From positions 97,588,001-97,652,000 of the forward strand of contig NC_091987.1 in assembly GCF_044704955.1 (NCBI RefSeq): a stretch of 64,000 nucleotides of DNA, read 5' to 3'. The stretch comes from Pristiophorus japonicus. Lineage: Eukaryota. Below, piece after piece: positions 1 through 12,103 of the stretch; the first letter of the stretch is position 1; each line of letters begins with the position of its first letter. Under the pieces are notes generated by a model. It was not told the origin of the DNA. It saw only the letters and a list, made by a program, of their open reading frames with translations, and did no database searches. The translations under genes were made by a program, and so were the position numbers.

Positions 1-490
1 GGAGGGGGGGGGGGGGCGGTGGAGGAAGACGTTCCAGACGGCGGGAGGGAGGGAGTGCGGGCCCGATCAAAGCGGTGGGGGGTAGCCGTTCCAGATGGCA
101 GGCGGGAAGGAGACAGTGAGAAGGCTGCAAGAAGCCTCAGTGCTGATGGCAATGTGCTTTTATTAAAAAATGTTCAAAAATTAAACAGCTACAAAGAACT
201 ACAAAAATGGCCGAGTGCCAATGTGTTTCTTCACACTGCACGTGCGCGAAAACACGCACGCGCAGGGTTGCCGGCAGGAAAAAAAACTAATTTAAATAGT
301 ACCCGCCCCCTCCCACTTACAAAATCGGCGTGAGTGTAGGCTCCACCCCCCTGGGCGCCACGCCAAACAGACAAGGAGCTGCAGGGCTCTCCAGAATCGA
401 GAGTTTTTTTTCCGGCGCCATTTTAGGCGCGAAAAACGGGCGCCCAGCTCGGAGGGGCGCCCGTTTTTTATCGTGTGGAAACTTGGGCCC
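1..490. mobile_element. Right part of a GC-rich non-autonomous DNA transposon (MITE, PIF/Harbinger-like) inserted in a CR1
   Basis: Ends in GGAAACTTGGGCCC followed by ATA, where CR1 sequence (cf. AACATAAAAACTGACTGC at 42421) resumes. The terminus resembles that of the element at 28013-29029. The left end is outside the window. Confidence 0.6.
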
Positions 491-2320
491 ATAAAAACTG
501 ACTGCAAAAGCTTCTATAGATATGTGGAGAGAAAAAGATTCGTAAAGACAAACATAGGTCCCTTGCAGTCAGAATCAGGTGAATTTATAATGGGGAACAA
601 AGAAATGGCAGACCAATTGAACAAATATGAAGGAAAACACAAATAACCTTCCAGAAATACTAGGGGACCGAGAGTTTAGCGAGAAGGAGGAACTGAAGGA
701 AATCCTTATTAGTCAGGAAATTGTGTTAGGGAAATTGATGGGATTCAAGGCCGATAAATCCCCAGGGCATGATAGGCTGCATCCCAGAGTACTTAAGGAA
801 GTGGCCCTAGAAATAGTGGATGCATTGTTCGGAAAATGAGCACCAGTCTATCGACTCTGGATCAGTTCCTATGGACTGGAAGGTAGCTAATGTAACACCA
901 CTTTTTAAAAGAGGGAGAGAGAAAACGGGGATTGAAAGACTGGTTAGCCTGACATCAGTTAGTTGGGAAAATGTTGGAATCAATTATTAAAGATGAAATA
1001 GCAGCACATTTGGAAAGCAGTGACAGGATCGGTCCAAGTCAGCATGGATTTATGAAAGGGAAATCAGGCTTGAATTTTTTGAGGATGTAACTAGTAGAGT
1101 GGGCAAGGGAGAACCAGTGGATGGGGTGTATTTGGACTTTCAAAAGGCTTTTGACAAAGTCCCACACAAGAGATTGGTGTGCAAAATTAAAGCACATGGT
1201 ATTGTGGTAATGTGTTGAGGTGGATAGAGAACTGGTTGGCAGACAGGAAGCAGAGAGTCGGGATAAACAGGTCCTTTTCAGAATGGCAGGCAGTGACTAG
1301 TGGGGTGCCGCAGGGCTCAGTGCTGGGACCCCAGCTATTTACAATGTACATCAATGATTTAGATGAAGGAATTGAATGTAATATCTCCATGTTTGTGGAT
1401 GACACTAAGCTGGGTGGCGGTGTGAGCTGTGAGGAGGATGCCAAGAGGCTGCAGGGTGACTTGGGACAGGTTAGGTGAGTGGGCAAATGCATGGCAGATG
1501 CAGTATAATGTGGATAAATGCGAGGTTATCCACTTTTGTGGCAAAAACATGAAATCAGATTATCTGAATGGTGGCAGATTAGAAAAAGGGGAGGTGCAAT
1601 GAGACCTGGGTGTCATGGTACATCAGTCATTGAAAGCTGGCATGCAAGTACATCAGGCGGTGAAGGCGGAAAATGGAATGTTGGCCTTTATAGCTAGGGG
1701 ATTTGAGTATAGGAGCAGGGAGGTCTTACTGAAGTTGTACAGGGCCTTGGTGAGGCCTCACCTGGAGTATTGTGTTCAGTTTTGGTCTCCTAATCTGAGG
1801 AAGGACGTTCTTGCTATTGAGGGAGTGCAGCAAAGGTTCACCAGACTGATCCCCGGAATGGCAGGACTGACATATATGAGGAGAGACTGGATCGACTTGG
1901 CCTGTATTCAATGGAGTTTAGAAGAATGAGAGGGGATCTCATAGAAACATAAAATTCTGACGGGACTGGACAGGTTAGATGCAGGAAGAATGTTTCTGAT
2001 GTTGGGGAAGTCCAGAACCAGGGGTCACAGCCTAAGGATAAGGGGTAAGCCATTTAGGACCGAGATGAGGAGAAGCTTCTTCATTCCGAGGGTTGTTAAC
2101 CTGTGGAATTCTCTACCACAGAGTGTTGTTGATGCCAATTCGTTAGATATATTCAAGAGGGAGTTAGATATGGCCCTTACGGCTAAAGGGATCAAGGGGT
2201 ATGGAGAGAAAGTAGGAAAGGGGTACTGAGGTGAATGATCAGCCATGATCTTGTTGAATTGTGGTGCAGGCTCGAAGGACGGAATGGCCTACTCCTGCAC
2301 CTATTTTCTATGTTTCTATG
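491..2320 (+). mobile_element. CR1 LINE, ORF2 (RT) and 3' end, decayed
   Basis: ORF fragments with [11 protein letters not shown](V)DDTKL and LEYCVQFWSP; 3' tail of TTTCTATG repeats ending at 2320. Confidence 0.95.
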
Positions 2321-2990
2321 AAGCCGAACAAGTGTTTTATACAAGTTGATCACAATTTCCACGCTTTTGTACTCTGTACTTTTATTCACGAAGCTCAGGA
2401 ACCCGTAAGCTTTTTTTTTTTAAAAAAAACATGCTTTCACAACCTGCCCTGCTACCTTCAGCGATTTGTGCATATACCCCTAGGTTTCTCTGTTCATGTC
2501 CTCTTGAAGTCTATCACTATCCTCCTCACTGTTAACTATACTTTCAAGTTTTGTGTCATCTGCAAATTTTGAAATTGTGCCCTGTACACCCACATCCAAG
2601 TCATTAATGTATATCAAGACCAGCAGTGGTCCTGGAACCGATCCCTGGGGAACACCACTGTATGCCAAAAACAACCATTCACCACTACTTTCCGTTTCCT
2701 GTCACTTAGCCAATCTCGTATCCATGCTACCACTGTCATGTTTATTCCATGCAACCACTGTCATGTTTATTCCATGCACTTCAGCTTTGTTGGCAAGCCT
2801 ATTATGTAGCACTTTGTCAAACGCCTTTTGGAAATCCATGTAAACCCTGTTACCTTATCAAAAAGCTTGATCAGGTTGGTTAAGCACGATTCGCCTTTAA
2901 CAAAGTCATGCTGGCGTTCCTTAATGAATCCACACTTGCCCAAGTGACTTAATTTTGTCCTCGATTAGTTTCTAAAAGCTTCCCCACTAC
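2321..2990 (-). mobile_element. Older CR1 RT fragment
   Basis: Minus-strand ORF 2480..2674 has GVPQGSVPGP...FADDTKL. Confidence 0.85.
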
Positions 2991-3812
2991 CAAATTTGTT
3001 GACGATACAAAGATAGATGGGAAAGTAAGTTGTGAGGAGGATGCAAGAGATGCTTAAGAGCGTGGGAAAGAACATGCCAGATGGAATATAATGTGGAGAA
3101 ATGTGAAGTTTCTCAAAGCCAATACATCCTTTCTAAGGTGTGGTGCCCAGAACTGCTCACAATACTCCAGGTATGGACTAACCAAGGCGTTGAAAAGCTG
3201 CAGCATAACTTCTACCCCCTTGTATTCTAGTCCTCTAGATATAAAGGCCAGCATTCCATTAGCCTTTTTGATTTTTTTCTGTACCTGTTTATGACATTGT
3301 AATGATCTATGTACCTGGACCCACCCAAGTCTCTTTGGACCTCCATTGTTTTTAGCTTTTCACCATTTAGAAAGTACCCTGTTCTATCCTTTCTAGGTCC
3401 AAAGTGGATGACCTTACATTTGCCTACATTCAAATCCATTTGCCACAGTTTTACTTATTCACTTAATGTACGAATATCCCTTTGTAATTTCATCTACACT
3501 ACCGCCTATCTTTGGGTCATTGGCAAACTAAGGGTCGCAGACTCAGAATAGGATTGAGATGAGGAGAAATTTCTTCACTCAGAGGGTTGTCAATCTTTGT
3601 GGTTCTCTATCCCAGAGGGCTGTTGATGCTCAGTCATTTGAGTACATTCAAGACAGATACAGATAGATTTTTGGATATTAAGGGAATCAAGGGATATGGG
3701 GATAGTGTGGGAAGGTGTTGAAATTGAAGATCAGCCCTGATCTTATTGAATGGCAGAGTAGGCTCGAAGGGCTGAATGGCCTACGCCTGCACCCATTTCT
3801 TTTGTTCTTATG
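2991..3812. mobile_element. Mosaic of decayed CR1 pieces (+ 2991-3110, - 3111-3529, + 3530-3812)
   Basis: Minus-strand ORFs give KCKVIHFG and YLEYCEQFWAP; the + strand flanks are RT and CR1 3' UTR (GGCTCGAAGGGCTGAATGGCCTAC). Confidence 0.8.
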
Positions 3813-4971
3813 TAAACCAAAAGGAGAAAGTGAAGACGATGTTGAATTTCTTAGTAGTATTTTTTTCTGCCAATTAATTCTCACAGCCCACTCCTCAAAA
3901 AATGCAGGTAGTCCAGAAAAGCCTGCTGCAGTGCAATTCTTAAATTTACATTCTGAAAACAGAATTTAAAAAAAAAGTGATTCTAGAGATAAATTTATGA
4001 TCACAGATATAACATCAACGTGTCAGGTCATTTTATGTACAGGATATTCCACTGTTTGAATTTGATCGACTGGCAATTTTTTATTTCAGAGACTAGATTG
4101 TATACTGCAGGCTTTCTTAATATCCATTTCAGTTTCTGGAATTAACATGTGGACTCCCTAATCCAACATAGGAATCACATCGTCCACAAACACCATTAAA
4201 ACATTGAAGATCGATGAGAAATCTTCAATCAAAAGCCATATCGCATAATGTACGTTGTACAGACTGTGTTTTAGAAAAATATTTAAACATTTGTGAATTG
4301 ATTCCAGTATCTATACCAGATTTAGGTGTCCCAGTGCTTCTGTGTAGTATCTTGCTTGCAGATTAATCTATTAGTTTTAGCCTAAATGTAAAAGTTGGAC
4401 AGTTTGAAGGAATAAAGTTAGCTATCTCCATACATTCATGTTTGAATCTTTCCACTCAGATTTCTGGCCTGGCCACCACAGAAACGGCCCTAATGAAAGT
4501 CACAAATGACATTCTATGAGACTGAGACTGTGGTAAATTATCTCATCGTTCTGGACCTGTCTGCAGGCTTTGACACGGTTGACCGCATCATCACCCTCCA
4601 ACACCTCTCCTCCGTCGTCCAGCTGGGTGGGACTGCACTCGCCTGGTTCCATTCCTATCTATCCAGTCGTAGCCAGAGAATCACCTACAAGGGCTTCTCT
4701 TCCCGCTCGCGCACTGTTACTTCTTCTCATCTACATGCTGCCCTTCGGCGACATCATGCAAAAACACAACGTCTGGTTCGACAAGTAAGCTGACAACAGC
4801 CAGCTCTACCTCACCATGTCCTCTCAACCCTTCCACTGCCTCGGATTTGTAATCTGTTTGTCCGACATCCAGTCTTGGACGAGCAGAAATTTTCTCCAAT
4901 TAAATATTGGGAAGATCAAAGCTACTATCTTCAGTCCCCATCACAAACTCAGTTCCCTAGCCACCGACTCC

Positions 4972-5135
4972 ACAAAGAGAACATAATAAATAGGAGCAGG
5001 AATAGGCCATATGGTCCCACGAGCCTGCTCCGTCATTCTATAAGGTCATGGCTGATCTTGTACATAATTCTCCACTTTCCCACCCTATCCGTATATCTCG
5101 ATTCCCTTCGTTCCCTAACATTTATCGATCGGTCT
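4972..5135 (-). mobile_element. CR1 3' UTR/tail fragment inside the L2
   Basis: AAATAGGAGCAGGAATAGGCCAT...GAGCCTGCTCCG...TCATGGCTGATC is the reverse complement of the CR1 3' end seen elsewhere in the window. Confidence 0.75.
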
Positions 5136-5334
5136 TGATCCCATCTCCTGACTACTGCCCGAGGCTGAACCAGACCGTTTGCATCCTTGGCGTCCTATTT
5201 GACCCGGAGCCAAGCTTCTGATCCCATATCATCAAGACAGCCTATTTCCACCTCTGTAAAATTGGCCATGTCCGCTCCTGCCTCAACTAATCTGCTGCTG
5301 AAACCCTCATCCATGCCTCTGGTACCTCTAGACT

Positions 5335-5865
5335 GGACGTAACTCTTCGCTGCCATTGCCCTCCTGCACCAGCTCGCGCTGTACCTTGAAGTGATATGCC
5401 TCCACGCTGCTCCCAGTCCCCCGCTCATGGCCCCAACCTGTCGCTGATGTCCAGGTCGGTGATTGCCACATTGGCAGGTGCAGCACGAGCGATGAGATCG
5501 GGGCGAATGAACGGAGAGAGACTGTGGAGGGATGTGATCGGGGCCCAGGGGAGGCATGAGTTCGGGCCAGGGACCCAGGGGCCCAGGGGCAGCACGGGCC
5601 AGCCCATACTGTGATGTGTGCGCACTGGGTCTGTGCAGCAGAGCAGGTCTCCAGTTGTCTTGGGTAATCCTTGCCACTTGACCAAGACTTTGGCTCTGTC
5701 AAGCCCGTGTGGTGCAACAGCCACCACACGCTAAAAAAATCCACGCACAGGCATCTTCCACTCGAGGATGTAGGTCGGGTTCTTCTTTCAAAATACCCGT
5801 GAACTCATCCTTTTTTTGGCATGGAAGCAAGTCATCCTTGTTTAGATGGACCGCCTATGATGATG
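5335..5865 (+). mobile_element. RTE-tailed non-autonomous retroelement (SINE-like), copy 1, with inverted 5' segment
   Basis: 11-bp TSD ACCTCTAGACT at 5324-5334 and 5866-5876. The 3' end GGAAGCAAGTCATCC...GCCTATGATGATG matches the RTE LINE tail at 14380-14422. Confidence 0.85.
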
Positions 5866-6496
5866 ACCTCTAGACTCAACTATTCCAAATGCTCTCCTGG
5901 ATGACCTTCCACTTTGCACCCTCCGTAAACTTGAACTCCTCCAAAACTCTGTTGCCTGTATCATAACTCGCACCAAGTCCTGTTCACTCATCAGCCCTCT
6001 GCTCGCCGGTTCAGCAACGCCTTGGATTTAAAAATTCTCATCCTGGTTTTCAAATTTCTCCATGGCCTCCAAAGGCAAATGCTTTCTTCTTGTACATCCA
6101 CATCATAATATTCTCCAGACAGGTGAGCGGGATAGCAGCCTTGCCCCATCCTATCTCTAATCTCCTCTAGCCCTACAGCCCTCCGAGATCTGTGCTCTAC
6201 CAAATTTGCCCTGTTGCGCATTCCCGATTTTAATCGCTCCACCATTGGTGGCCATGCCTTCAGCTTCCTAGGCCCCAAGCTCTGGAATTCCCTCCCTAAA
6301 TCTTCCCGCTTCTCTACCTCTCTTTCCTCCTTTAAGGAGCTCCTTAAAATCTTCCTCTTTGACCAAGCTTTTGGCCATCTGCTCTAATACCTCTTTTATA
6401 TGGATTGGTGTCAAATTTTGTTTGACAACGCTCCTGTGAAGCACCTTGGGATGTTTTACTACATAAAGGCACTATAGAAATGCAAGTTGTTGTTGG

Positions 6497-7020
6497 TGTT
6501 CAGGAGAAGTGGCAGTTAATGTGACCACTCCAGGGAGCAGCACGTGCTGGAGCAGGAGAGCAACGCCAGTGAAGAGGAACGTCACCAAGGTCCAGGTTGG
6601 CGATTGGCACATGGGTACTGCAGGAGAGATGAGTTCGGGCAAAGGTGCGGCAAGAGATTGTAGTGGGATGTGATCGGTGCCCAGGAGAGGCGTGAGTTTG
6701 GGGCCCAGAAGTGGAAGGCCCAAGGGCAGCACGGGCCAGCCCACACTGCTATGTGTGCGCACTAGGTCTGTGCAGCAGAGCTGGTCTCCAGTCATCTTGG
6801 TTAATCCTTGCCACTGGACCAAGACCTAGCTCTGTCAAGTCCGTGTGGTGGCTGGTGTGTAACGGCCACCACACGATAAAAAAATCCATGCACAGGCACC
6901 TTCCACCCTTGAACATGCAATTTGGGACCTGAAATATTAGGTCCTTCATTGAAACACCCGTGAATTTTTTAACGTGGAAGCAAGTCATCCTCCATTCGAG
7001 GGACTGCATATGATAATGAT
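6497..7020 (+). mobile_element. RTE-tailed non-autonomous retroelement, copy 2
   Basis: Colinear with the copies at 5449-5865 and 26657-27192; RTE-type tail. Confidence 0.85.
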
Positions 7021-7251
7021 CAGTTAATGGGACCCTCAATACAAGGTTCCATTCACTATAAATGCATTTCACTGGCTCTCCAATAGAACCTCACCATGAG
7101 AGTGAACCATACATGAAGAATACATCCAATTTGCTTGCATGTTATGTAAACAATGACATGGACCGGTTGTGCTCAATGGGCTGTTACCTTGTTGTAGTTT
7201 CTATGTATAACAGCATCAAGAGAATCTCTCATATTCTCTTTCTCCATTTCA

Positions 7252-7552
<301 letters not shown>

Positions 7553-8964
7553 CTGAAAGAAAGGTACACATCGATTATTATTGCTTTTTCAAACAGCAAT
7601 TCCTACACGACTTCATTGTTGAATAAGATAGGGCCGAACGCCAAACCCACAATATAGCTGGACTGAACGCAGGATTATTCCATTCTCTAGGATTCAACTG
7701 GTCCCAGTTATTCTAATTACTCGGCCTTCTGATTTTAGTTTTGTCCCAAGAGTTAAAATTACAAGTCTCTGAAGTTGACAAAATGAAATAAAAATGTTCT
7801 TATTCGGACATTTTTTAATTTAGAGTTTAATCAATCATCAAAATAACCCAGGGAACGAATGCATATATTTCAATTCTTTACCAAGTACTGTATATGAATG
7901 CTAAAGTGTAAAATGCATCATTAGCTGCATTCTCAGGAATTACCTTCAACCATCCATAAATGACATATTCAAAGTGTGCTTTACCTAGGTGCTAACCGCA
8001 ATTGGAGAGAATAGATGCCTCACGCCAGAAGTGCAGTTTGGAGAGAGTGATGTTTGGCTGCAGCGGAAAATGGTAAATAAAATATTGGGTATACTGGCAC
8101 AGGGAGAGTACACAGAGAGGTTATAATGTTGCTGAAGGTAGCACTGGTCAGACCCCATCGAGAGTTCTGTGCACAGTTCTCATAGGAAGGATATTACTCA
8201 CCTATTCAGAGTACAGAGGCTTTTCCTGTTCTTCGCTGCTTTGTGGAAATGAAGCAAGTTTCAGTATTTAAACAAGCTGCACAACAGCCAGTAGATACCG
8301 GAACACACAGAAGTGCTCACCGTTGTTTCACCCTCCCAAAAAGAAAAATACCCTACGAATGAGCAGAGTTTTTGCAATAAGGCTCCAAACACTTGGGAAG
8401 TACTTGTTCAAATACAAAGTACATTTTAATACTGTCCATACTATACGAATAGCTCTTACAAGAAAATAATTCCAGAATGAATTAATTTCAGTTACTGTGG
8501 AGTCACTAGCAAAAGAAAATTCCATTCTTGGACAGGGAAGAGAAATTCTGCAAAAAGAGTGCCAGATACAAGCATTAAAAGGAAAATTGAGCCAACTTAA
8601 AAAGGTTTTATTTAAAATAAACTCTTTTTCACCTTGGGTCTCGTTCAGACGAGCAAGAACAGATCTAGATTTAGGTTCCTTTCAAAGCTTTGGATAGGTT
8701 TACTTACAAAATAAACATTGGATTCGTTGACTCGAATAATATGAACCAATCTGAGGAATTGCGTTATCAAGCAAGCTCAGCTTTCACCTGGCATGAACGC
8801 ACTCGTCATAATTTTTTCACTACCTATCAGTCATACCCACATGGCTAGTGACGCATGCTCCAAGCTTGGCATTAAGCCATGGGATTGCTGCATCATTGTA
8901 GAGAACTTTGCTCTCTAACCCTGACTCAAAGTCCTGGTATGAACTCTTGGTGAAAAGTGCGACA

Positions 8965-9075
8965 TTCACGTCCATAGGACGCCCCAAAGCACTTGACTGC
9001 CAATAAAAGTAACTTCTGTAGTGTAGTCACTGTTGAAATGTAGGCAAATCCGTAGGCAGCCAATCTGCGCACAGC
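8965..9075 (-). mobile_element. 3' fragment of the Deu-domain tRNA SINE
   Basis: Reverse complement of the SINE 3' body seen at 36790-36900 and 57410-57530. Confidence 0.65.
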
Positions 9076-10791
9076 AAGCACAGGATTCACTTATGCAAAC
9101 TAAACAGGTACTTAAAAGAAAATGGTGAATAGCTCTGAAAATCTGACACTCCGACAATCTTCATTTTATTAAAATATACAATGTTCACAAAATAGACTGT
9201 AAAGCTGGTATATTTTATATACAGTATGTTTTACATGACAAGAGCCTCAAATAAAGTGTACAGAGTCTGACTTGCATGAGTGTCCCTATAATGCTCTCTT
9301 CACAACTGCCTCAAGTAAACGTGTCCTAATGTTCTGCTTGTCCCCGCAAGCCCTAGTCCTGATTCTCTGCCTCTAGCACTTTAAATATGCATCTGTTTAA
9401 AATTAGAATGTTTAAAGTGCCAATGACTGTACTTACTCCATGTTCAGATAGACAGGTAGAGGCAGAATGTTTACCTTTATCTTTAAGATCTAAAGTGATT
9501 TGAAACAAATAGTGGATTCACACAATTGGGATCATGATTATTTTAATCTGTGAAACAAACTGGTTTTACAGCATGTGAATAAACTTCATACTATCGCAAA
9601 ACCACCATGAAACGCAATGTGAACAAAAATGTGGGGGGAAAAAAGCTAAATACCAAAAAAATATTTTTTTAAGCTCATGAATAATTCAGTAGCAGTAAGA
9701 GGAAGAGGCAGAGTGTTATCAGAAACATTTGGGTTTATGTGGTAACAATTCCAATCACTTCTCTTACTTTTAAACACTATTTAATTTTGTATATTTAGCC
9801 TGTAGCACAGATAGTCAGACACCCACTGACTGCTAGTGATGCAGTCTATCAAACCGATTCTGGAAGATGCCTCAATTTATTAGTCATCACACGGAAAGGG
9901 GAATGTCAGAGCGAGTAGCAACAAACAGCATGGGATCAAGAGGAGGGTGCGTTCACAAATCTGGACCTGCAGTTTGGACCGGTGAACCATAGATTATACA
10001 ACTGTTAAATGGCATTGGCACTTTCTGCAGCAGGTTTATATTCTGTTTGGATTAGGCAACATACTTGTGTGCATTATATAAAAAATATTAAAATGCCAAG
10101 ATTTTTTACGCTCCATTTTATCTAGGTATAACTGTACATTCTGGTGTGCAAGTCAAACTTTGGGAATATCTTTGTTTTTTTTTTAAATACAGGGAGGCAA
10201 CACCACACCAGCCTTTGATGGCAAGTCACATCCTTATATTTTTGATGTTTTAGACTTGGGTTACAAATTAACCACACAAGTAGGTGAAGGGGAATCAATT
10301 AGGATGCAAGTGAAATCCCTTCCCCTGCCCTCCGCTCTTTAAACTCTGCACCACTGTGCATTTCTTCCATTTACTTTGTGGCCCTCAATATGTCTCTCAC
10401 CGCCTTTCAAAACCTACTTAAAATCTATCTCGTCACCTGGGCTTTTGGTCGCCTCCCCTCAATTCCACCCCACCGAAGACCATGAGTCCTTTCGCTATGC
10501 TAAAGGCATTATTTAAATGCAAGCTATTGGTGTCAGTGCTTACAAGAACTCAAACATTATTATTTGCTATTCAAAAACTATGAAATGCAATATTTGCGTG
10601 GCAGTGTGTTTAATCCATGTATTAGCAGGCCTTGTGGAGAGAATTATCTACTTGGCAGCTGCTTTCAAATTGATGATGCAACTTGAAACAGCATGTAAAT
10701 TCTCAGCAGTCTCATTCCACATCTGGAGAGTTTCTCAAGTGGGTAGGGTGACCATGTCATGTAACTTTACAGGCCAGGGGTTTGACATATT

Positions 10792-11460
10792 GGCCTGGAA
10801 TTTGTGGTCGGGATGACGTTAATCCACCTTTGAAACTTTGGCGCATGTGGAAATCATGAAGTTGTGGTTCATCATTGATGGCTCGAAACAGGCTGCGCTG
10901 TCAGCCGAATCACTGAAACTGACAAACACGTCGGCTCTTCTGCAGTAATTAGTGTTAAGTTTCCCACTAAAAGTTCGACCCAAAGGGATTAGGTGTAAGT
11001 GGGGTTTTAACAGTGTACTGACTGCAAAACAAAGGTTAAGGGGCTGGAAAACTAATTTTAACGTTGTGCCATGTGAAATTTGTCCATTTTAATAAAAATA
11101 AAAATCAAGAAACTTTCTCCAGCTTTATTTCAGGTTTGCCTTTTCCCCACGAGAGCCCCAATCTTTCTTTTGCTCTCTCTAACTATTTTAAAGAGTTAGA
11201 ATTTTGAGAGCTTACTCACTTCCTTGTTTGCTGTTTGAGAATTCAGCCTTTGGCTTGGCAGCTTAGACAGCCTGTTGACGTCACAGAATTCGAACAAGGG
11301 GATCCCCACTACTGTTCGCTGAATTGAAGGTCGGAAATCCCAAAGTTCTCAACACAGGGATTGCGGGATCCTTGGGGGGGGGGGGGGGGGGGGGGGGGAG
11401 CGTACTTTTGGGCCTTGCAACAAACGCCTTCGCTTCGGTGCTGACTGCAAATTCCAGGTC
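10792..11460. mobile_element. MITE with ~18-bp imperfect terminal inverted repeats (TIRs) and 3-bp TSD (Harbinger-like)
   Basis: Left end GGCCTGGAATTTGTGGTC, right end GACTGCAAATTCCAGGTC; ATT on both sides (10789-10791, 11461-11463). Related ends occur near 37140-37160 and 63105. Confidence 0.7.
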
Positions 11461-12103
11461 ATTAATTAGGCTTGCTGATCAAGTACAGGAGAGCTCACCA
11501 TGATTTGACACTCCTCACCCATAAACTAAAGTAGTAAATAACCAGGATCTGACGCATTGTGGTGGAGATGGGGGTGGGGAGGCAAGGGGGTGGATGGACG
11601 CAAGGGGAGGGTGAACAGCAAAGTCACCACTAATGTGCTCTCTCACACCTCCCAGTGGCAAATTTCAGGACACTAGGGTGTCTAGGGCAAGTTGCCTGCG
11701 CTCTCTGTCACCGATGGTATTTGGGGTAAGGAGACAATGAATCAATAAGATGGAGAAGAAAGCTTTAACTCATCCCCTCCCCAAAATAAAACAAAACACA
11801 GATATACCAATGATGATCAACTATTTTTGAAAATATTAAACCTAGATTGCAATTTCCCAAACACCATCAATAGTTTGTAAATCCCAACTTTGGCTTTCCT
11901 TTTTTGGTCCTCTCTGCAAACCAGTGCCTGGAACAAGCAGTAACTCACCAGCTCGATATGTCATGCTGTGGGAAAGACTTCATCGATTTTCAAATAGTTA
12001 TTCTAATAGTTTTCAAATTACAACAGTGACTACGCTACGAAAGGTACAGTGGCGAAAAAGTGCCTCGAGATGTCCGGTGATCGTGAAAGGAGCTATATAA
12101 ATG

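Larger units (their letters stand above)
4445..6495 (+). mobile_element. Decayed L2 LINE (RT to 3' tail) interrupted by younger insertions
   Basis: ETALMKVTNDI and LDLSAGFDTVD...LAWFHSYLS motifs; L2-type tail AAAGGCACTATAGAAATGCAAGTTGTTGTTG. Confidence 0.85.

Noticed and set aside
2721-2777. Short tandem duplications (also about 53748-53791 and 61792-61847)
   Set aside because: Two-copy 22-26 bp slippage duplications with no sign of function.
3820-4440. Possible next TMEM50B exon (FFTGWW...)
   Set aside because: No matching minus-strand coding sequence was seen by eye; it probably lies left of the window.
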